A stretch of DNA of 64,000 nt. It comes from the human T2T-CHM13v2.0 reference genome, Homo sapiens. Positions 57,043 to 64,000 of this stretch are shown piece by piece. The translations under genes and the position numbers were made by a program. The DNA lies in NCBI RefSeq assembly GCF_009914755.1, contig NC_060925.1; one strand, given 5' to 3'. Below the pieces are notes generated by a model that was not told the origin of the DNA, made no database searches, and saw nothing but the letters and a program-made list of their open reading frames with translations. Positions within the stretch are counted from its first letter, which is position 1. Every line of letters begins with the position of its first letter.

Positions 57043-59992
57043 AAAGATAAAATTACCACTCAGAAGTCAATGGAAATGTAGTTACAGGCAATTATTGCAT
57101 GTTCTCTGAGTCTCTTATAAGTGAATTGACCTTTAAAAATAAAATTGCTCTTGATTGTTTTTTAAATCTCATTTTCTGTGCTTCTGAGATTATTTCCAAC
57201 TGATGTCCATATACTTTTAAAATCTCCAAATGGATTATTATAAATAATAGTTAATCAAAATTTCTTAGATTATTAACCTTCCCTTAAATTTAAAAAATAT
57301 TTATGTTGTGTATCTCACAATCAATAAACAAATCATGGCAGTGCCATAAAGCAGGCTGTCACACAGTCATGAAATAATCTGTTTTAAGCACTATTTTAAG
57401 ATACACAGGAATGTTCATTATATAATCTTAATCATTGTATAAACAGGTATAAAACCACACATAGAGAATGTCTTTGTGTTTTCTTGTGTTTAAAATTATT
57501 ATGGAATTATGAGTGTGATTATGAGTGAGTTTTGTTTTCATATATAACTATTTCTCTGTAATTTCTGAGTTCTCTTTAGTAAACATGTCAGACTAAAAAT
57601 CAGAAAAAAAATTCATAATAATGCTCAGATACCTTTGAACAGAATTTAATTTATCTGTAAGGTATTTGTTTCTATAGGTAAAGAATAGACACTATTCTTC
57701 TTTTTTAAATGGAAATACTGAGGCATCATGAAATGCCCTGCTTCTAATCATATAATTCATGGCAAAGAACTGGAATCAGAAATAGAAACCAACCTCCTGG
57801 ATTGGCAGGATTTATCCTCCTCTTTACTTACATAAACCTGGTGAGAAATGTGCAGGGACAGTCTTTCCCTGGGGCCTCTGGGTGGCTGGCCCTGCGGGAC
57901 TGCCTTCCTCTCTGCACTGGGTGTCTCTAGAGGAGGCCCAGTGTGTGAGTGAGCCCAAGGCTTTCCTTCCGTGGATCGGCTCTCTCCAACCTTCTACTAA
58001 GGGAAGGGAGGAATCCTGGAATATAGCTGCAGATTTTCAAAACTTTTAAACAATTGGATCTATCTGGTTGAGATAATTTCAGATACAAATGCTACTGTCA
58101 GCAAAGGGCAATGTTTCTATGTTGCTAAATTGCTGGAAGCCTAACTTCAGAATCACTGTGTTCTTGTCTCCCTGAACAATGCTTGAGAACAGGGACTATG
58201 CCTATTTTTTTCCAAAGACTCCTAAACCAGTCCCCAGTACAGAGACATTATGCTCATCATGAAATCTTTGTAAATATGTATTAACTCACTGGTCATTAGC
58301 CTTCGAACATTGCACCCAGGGGCACTAGTTCATGTGCTGGTGGACAGCACGTGCCACATGCCCTGTCTCACCACCATATGAGATGGCGCGTTCATCAAAT
58401 GTGGGATCTCTGAATTTCCATCTGGAGAATCAGTAAATCTTTTCACTTACTTTCAAGTGGCTCTTTTAATTTTTTAAAGTGCCAAATGACAACTATGTCT
58501 TTCTTTTGGTCCTGGCTCTTAATAAACAACAACAAAAAAATTGGTTATTTGTCCCCACCCATAGAGATTTGGCTTTAACTGGTCCCAAATGATGTGCAGG
58601 CATTGGTATTTGAAAAAATATTTTTTGACGATCCTAAGGCTCAGCCAGGGTTGAGAACTACTGATTTAAACTGTGAATCTTTGTGAATCTTTGCCTCTAT
58701 GACATATTTAGTATCTGTGATTTATCTGATGCCAAGTCTTTGGTCAAGAATGCAACATCCAATTATAACACAGATCCCACGGGTAAGACCAGTTTTAGGA
58801 TTTTCCATGTGGTTTCCAGAAATGTACTGCAGTATTGTTGGATATTTTATACTTGGCCGATGCTCCAATACCCTCAAAAAAAGTACCTAGGAGAGACCTG
58901 TTTCCTTGATGTTTGTAGAGATTGTGGGAGTGCCCAAGAAAAAATCACAATATGGGTCTCCTACAAAAGCCTAATCTTTTATTATCAGTGAGACATGGTA
59001 AGAAGAGTAGCCTGAACAAGGAAAATGAAGTTACCCAAGGAATCTCTGATGCCTATGTTGAAAGAGGGGAGTTGTGCTGCTAAGACAACAGCCCCTGTCC
59101 CTAGGGTACTGGGACTCCAGGTCCCTCCAGCTTCCCTGCATCCCTATCCAGCAAGGGGACCTAGAATCAGTACTTTCCCCACCACTGCTCTATTCCAAAG
59201 CACGAGGAATCTGATTTTTTTGAACTCTAAGCAAAGATTCAGATGTGAGAAGATGGAGTCTTACCTGATTAAAGCCAGGAGAAGAGACTATTCTACATAA
59301 AGGCAGAGATGTGGATAGATGGATGCCATGGCATCAGTGAGAGAAGCAAGAGTGGGCCAAGGAACCAAGAGAGTTGAGATAATGTCCATTTGGCAAGAAG
59401 GAGGAGAATGAAGAGACAATAACGTCTCAGAGGCTTAAAATGTTAGTGATTCAAGATCGATATTGGAAGAGTCTTATTGGACAGAAATTAGTTTTGAGGA
59501 GGAAGTTCATGAACTTAAATGCCTGAGGACAGGATATTGTGGATAAAATAATATTATGGCACCTTTTCAAATTTAGGCAAGTGGTCATTTATTGGATTAA
59601 GAAAGGAGATCATGAGGCTGAGTGAGCCTGCTGGGAGTTGGTCCAGGCTACGTGAGGCTGCGTTAGCCTCACTCCCCATCCCCAGTATCTGCTCAGGCCT
59701 GCTCCACCTGCACACCAGGCCCAGGCCCCCAAGCAGCTGCCCTCCCTGTCCTCATCAGAATTTTTCTGTAGGATCCTCCTGTTCTCCTTAGCTTCTACGG
59801 GAGCCAAGATGGCCATGGAGTGGAGCTGAGCAACATCACCCAGCAGCCTGAGGAGCCCCTGTGCAGGTGTGATGCAGGGTCCAGGGGACTGTCATTGGAA
59901 GGAGAAGTGGCTTCCCAGGAAAGAAGCTGAGGGAGCTAATCCTGAGCCTGGGAACCCTGTAAAAAAATTTTAATTTAACCTTACCTTGACAA

Positions 59993-60278
59993 GACCGGGC
60001 ACGGTGGCTCACACCTGTAATCCCAGCACTTTGGGAAGCCGAGGCGGGCAGATCACTTGAGGCCACGAGTTTGAGACCAGCCTGGCCAACATGGCAAAAC
60101 CCCATCTCTACTAAAAATACAAACATTAGCTAGGTGTGGTGGCACATGCCTGTAATCCCAGCTACTCGGGAGGCTGAGGCACAAGCCGAGATCAGGCCAT
60201 TGCACTCCAGCCTGGGTGATAGGGCAAGACTCTGTCTCAAAAAAAATAATAATAATAAAATAATAATAATAACAATAA
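59993..60278 (+). mobile_element. AluS with about 40-nt deletion in the right arm
   Basis: gctgaggcaca joins directly to agccgagatc; (AAT)n tail; ttacc(t/a)tgac on both flanks. Confidence 0.92.
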
Positions 60279-62772
60279 TTTTACCATGACTCAATTTTGT
60301 TAAAAGGAAGATGCTTCCGTGGATTCTCTCAACTTGAAAACAGTTTGTGTGTGTCTGTCTGTGTGTGTGTGTTTGTGTGACACATAAGTACACAGGGCAT
60401 CATGGAAAATTCTGTTTTAAAGGAGCTGGTCTTTTAAATTACATGTTTTGGATAAGCCTCATTTTTTTTGTTTAGAAGCAAAATATTTCTGCTCTCAGAA
60501 TTGATTCTTTTCTAGTGGCCCCTAACGCTAAGGAAACAGCATGGTGCAGTGGAAAGAGAAGGGGCTGGGGATCTCACTTTGACATTAAGCAGCAGCTCTG
60601 TGACCCTGGAGAAAGCACATGTACCCACTCAGCATCAATCCCACCCTGTAAAAGAGGAGGGGAAATTTCTGGCATAGAATTCTCATTCCATAAGCTCAGT
60701 GCTGTTTGTAAAACCCAACCTACTTGTGAACAAGAGCTCTATCCTATGCATATCTACCCTCTCAATTCACGAATCCAATGTTGCCTGAGCAAAGCTCCCA
60801 CTTGCGCTCAATTCTGTTGCAGACATTTCAGACACATGGGAAATGGACTCAGAGGACTTGCTCAAGACCACCCAAGTTCATAGCAGTTCTGTTTTATGCT
60901 ATATCTTGTCCTAGCCAACCCTTTCTCTTGACATCAGCTCTGTCTGTGCACATAGATGGACAGCATCATTGGCCCAGACCGCTCTGGCTGGGGAGGTGCA
61001 TATTTGACTTAATAAATGAGAGTCTGAGGTGGGGGAACAGGACGGCACTTCCACAAACCGTTCATGCTGCATGATTATGCCTCCCCTGGAGGAACAGGAG
61101 TAAACTGGCAATGAAGAAAGCAGCAGAGAAGGGTAGGATTTGGCATCCAAACCTGAGGTAGATCCTTGACATCTCTCCCAGGCTGCCCACTCCTCTCTCC
61201 ACTATTGGAGGAGCTGGAAACTCTCAGCCTCCTGAGTCCTCTAGGAGAGCAAGGTGATTTAAGTCACACATATTTCTGTGACATGAATGTCCAAACAGGA
61301 AGCCAAAGGGAACTGGCTTTGCAGTTTTTTTAAGGCAGCATGTGGCTAGGAATGGACATGACCAATCATTACTGCTATAATTTGACATGTCTCCAGCCTA
61401 AGAAATCTACCATGCATTGAGGTAACCTGATATAAAACCGCTTTCACTATTTTGAAATTAAGGTTTCTCCACTGCTCATGGAATGTGAGCCTGTGTTTAG
61501 AAGTCAATGCAGGGCCTTAGCTGACACTTCCATACCTGCCAAGAGCCGCTGATGTGAACCAGGTGGCCTGCTTCAAGCAGAATTCAATTACCCAGATGGC
61601 AACTGTTTCTTAATTCAAAACTTTAACAGCGTTTTTTTTTCCATTATGAAAAATGAGAGGGGAAAAAGAATACATTGAGCTTGAGCACTTCTGGTTTATG
61701 AGATTAGAGGCAGGGGAGGGAACTGGGTCCCTGGCCTCTGCCAGCTCCCTGCAGCTCCAGCCTGCAGCACTGTATCTGCCTGACTCGGCTGCTTATTCCT
61801 GGAGCAGGAGTGACGGTCCTGAAACTCAGCCTCCTCTTGGGTTTGTTCTTAGGAAGCTAGAATAACTCTCTCTCACTAATTAGTGATTGCATTAGCAGAT
61901 GGTATCTTTTTTTTTTTTTTAAGTAAAAAGGAAAAAGAAGAAAAGGTTTTAAAGGTTTTAAATTGCATTTAGAGACAATGCTTTCTTTCTCCTGAGGAAG
62001 CCCGTGCAGTCTAGATCCTGGATATTCAGGCTTCTTATTCTGAAGGTGAAAATCAATCAGCTGGGCTACGGCTCTGACGTTTTAGTGGACTTATTTTCCT
62101 GGTCCTCGCCTGAAGTTTGGTAATAACCAGACCAGTTCAGACAGGTGGAGTGCTGACTGACCTCTACCACCCAACTGGGTGCACTTGGCTGGCTGTGTCT
62201 CAGTAGACTGGTTCTTTGTTGGATAAAGGAGATTGACGTGGGAAAAGGTGAGCCAGCATAAAGTAAATTCTGTTCTCATTCTCTCCTCCTGTAGACAAAT
62301 TTTGTAGCTGCCTTCATTCTTCCTTGGACCTTATATCTCCCAGGCTAAGTAGGAATTTGGAATCAAGACGAGATAATTGCTTACCCTCTTTGAACAGTTA
62401 CTACATGGCAGGCAATGTTCTAGTGCTTTAAGTATATCATGTCAATTGTTTCTCATAGCAGCCCACTGGTAGAGTTACTAAGTTAGATAGTTTTTCTAGA
62501 TAAAAAGCTTCATGCTTACATACATTGTTTGAAGAAGGTATTTGGTTAGAATCCTGTCATGTGATCAGCTATTTTGGGTCCACCACCTCCATCACCACCA
62601 TCCCATTACCTCCTACCATCACTTTCATTACCACCACCACCATCTCTGTCTCCACTGTTAACTCTTAACACTGTGTCCATGACCAGACGTCAAATGTTAA
62701 CAGGGACTTGTCAAAAAAGCAAAAAGCTGAGATGTGTTAGGCAGGGACATCTTTAACTTGAGCTATTTGGAC

Positions 62773-62775
<3 letters not shown>

Positions 62776-62806
<31 letters not shown>

Positions 62807-62874
62807 AGGTAGGTCCCACTATATCACTCAGGCTGGTCTTGAATCATTGGTCTCAAGTGACCCTCTCACCTCAG
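62776..62874 (-). mobile_element. Truncated FLAM / Alu monomer with 30-nt poly(T)
   Basis: Direct repeat tatttggacaa at 62764-62774 and 62875-62885. Confidence 0.85.
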
Positions 62875-63419
62875 TATTTGGACAATTGAAGCTAAATTTT
62901 TCATTAACTTGGTTTCTTCCTTCTTTTCTTTATCTTCTATAATTTCGGTCTTCAAATGTGAGATTGCTTACCAGGCAGCTTAACATTTCTTTAGTCAGTG
63001 GAGTTGCATCAAGCACTGGACTCTGAGAGAACTGGAAACCAACAAAGTCCTTGGCCTATTTGGAATTCACCTTAGCAAAAAACACTAGGAAATCAGATAA
63101 AATGCCTGAGCCATCCCCGCAAATTGAACTATCTTCTGAGGGCTAGGGAGTTGTATGTTGACCAATTGTTAAAATTATGTCCTAATTCCAGTTTTTCATC
63201 ATATCCAGCAATTCAAAAGCTTCTGTTCAAGAGAAGTAGTAGATAATAGGGATGGTAATGGGAGTTAAGGCATGCTGCCTGTGTGTGCACAAGAAAAGGA
63301 AGAAAATAAAATTAGCATACTATGACAAAAATATACAAGGAGATATAGGTATCTTGAGATTCTGAATTCAATAATGTGATCAGAGAAGCTTTCATAAATG
63401 TGCTGGCTATGAAGGCATA

Positions 63420-63995
63420 TCTACTGGAGAAATCTTTCCAAAGCACAAATCTGATCATGCCCTGCCCCTGCTTAGAACCCCACAGTGTCTCCCTATGGCC
63501 CATAGGATAAAGTCCAAGCCCTTTGATGGCATCCAAGTCCTCCACAATCTGGACTCTGCTCACCTCTCCAAGCTTACTTCCTGCCGCCATTCCTCTCACA
63601 ACCTAGGCTCTCGCCATTTTAATCTTCTGGCCAGTCCTCCAACACTCAGTTTGTTTCTGTCCTGAAGACCTTACCCATGTGCTACTTTTGCTTGCATCCT
63701 CCTGGTCCTGCCTAACATGCTGCCATTCCGTGAACTCCTAACCATCTTTCACAATCCCAGCCAGGGAAGCCTTTCCCACTCTGCAGACAGAGCTGGCCAC
63801 TTCCTCCTTCATGCCCCCATGAAGGCCTGCATATATGCAGCACCTCTCACTGTGTTACTAATATCTCTTTGCATGTCTTTTTTTTATGCCAGATGGTGAG
63901 CTATTTGAGGGTAGAGAATGTGTCTTAGTTATCTTTATACAACAGCAACAAGCACTGTGCTAGGCTCAGAGTAGATATTCAATAATGTTTATTCT
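63420..63995 (+). mobile_element. L2 3' region
   Basis: cacaaatctgatcatgcc...aggataaagtccaagccc...gagggtagagaatgtgtc...agcactgtgctaggctcagagtagatattcaataa. Confidence 0.8.
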
Positions 63996-64000
63996 GATTT

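Noticed and set aside
59610-59816. 68-aa minus-strand ORF MAILAPVEAKENRR...
   Set aside because: No recognisable family, short, and no supporting exon structure.

Overview
Repeat-rich primate (human-like) non-coding DNA, intronic or intergenic. It contains about 20 Alu/FLAM copies (J, S and one CpG-rich AluY) and many old eutherian elements: L1M/L1MB, L2, CR1/L3, MIR, MaLR and ERVL LTRs, and hAT and Tigger DNA transposons. I cannot support any protein-coding gene, RNA gene or CRISPR array. The supplied ORFs are Alu-derived, microsatellite-derived, decayed L1 fragments or chance frames. I see no convincing novel biological system. The most notable signals are structural: a twin-primed 5'-inverted old L1MB, an Alu flanked by an inverted rather than direct duplication, a permuted local duplication (A..B / B-A), a Zaphod-like hAT fossil retaining its transposase dimerisation domain, a (GGAA)17 microsatellite, closely spaced inverted Alu pairs, and several motif- or palindrome-dense unique stretches that may be enhancers. 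Repeat family names come from my recall of consensus sequences, not a database search, and most boundaries are approximate.
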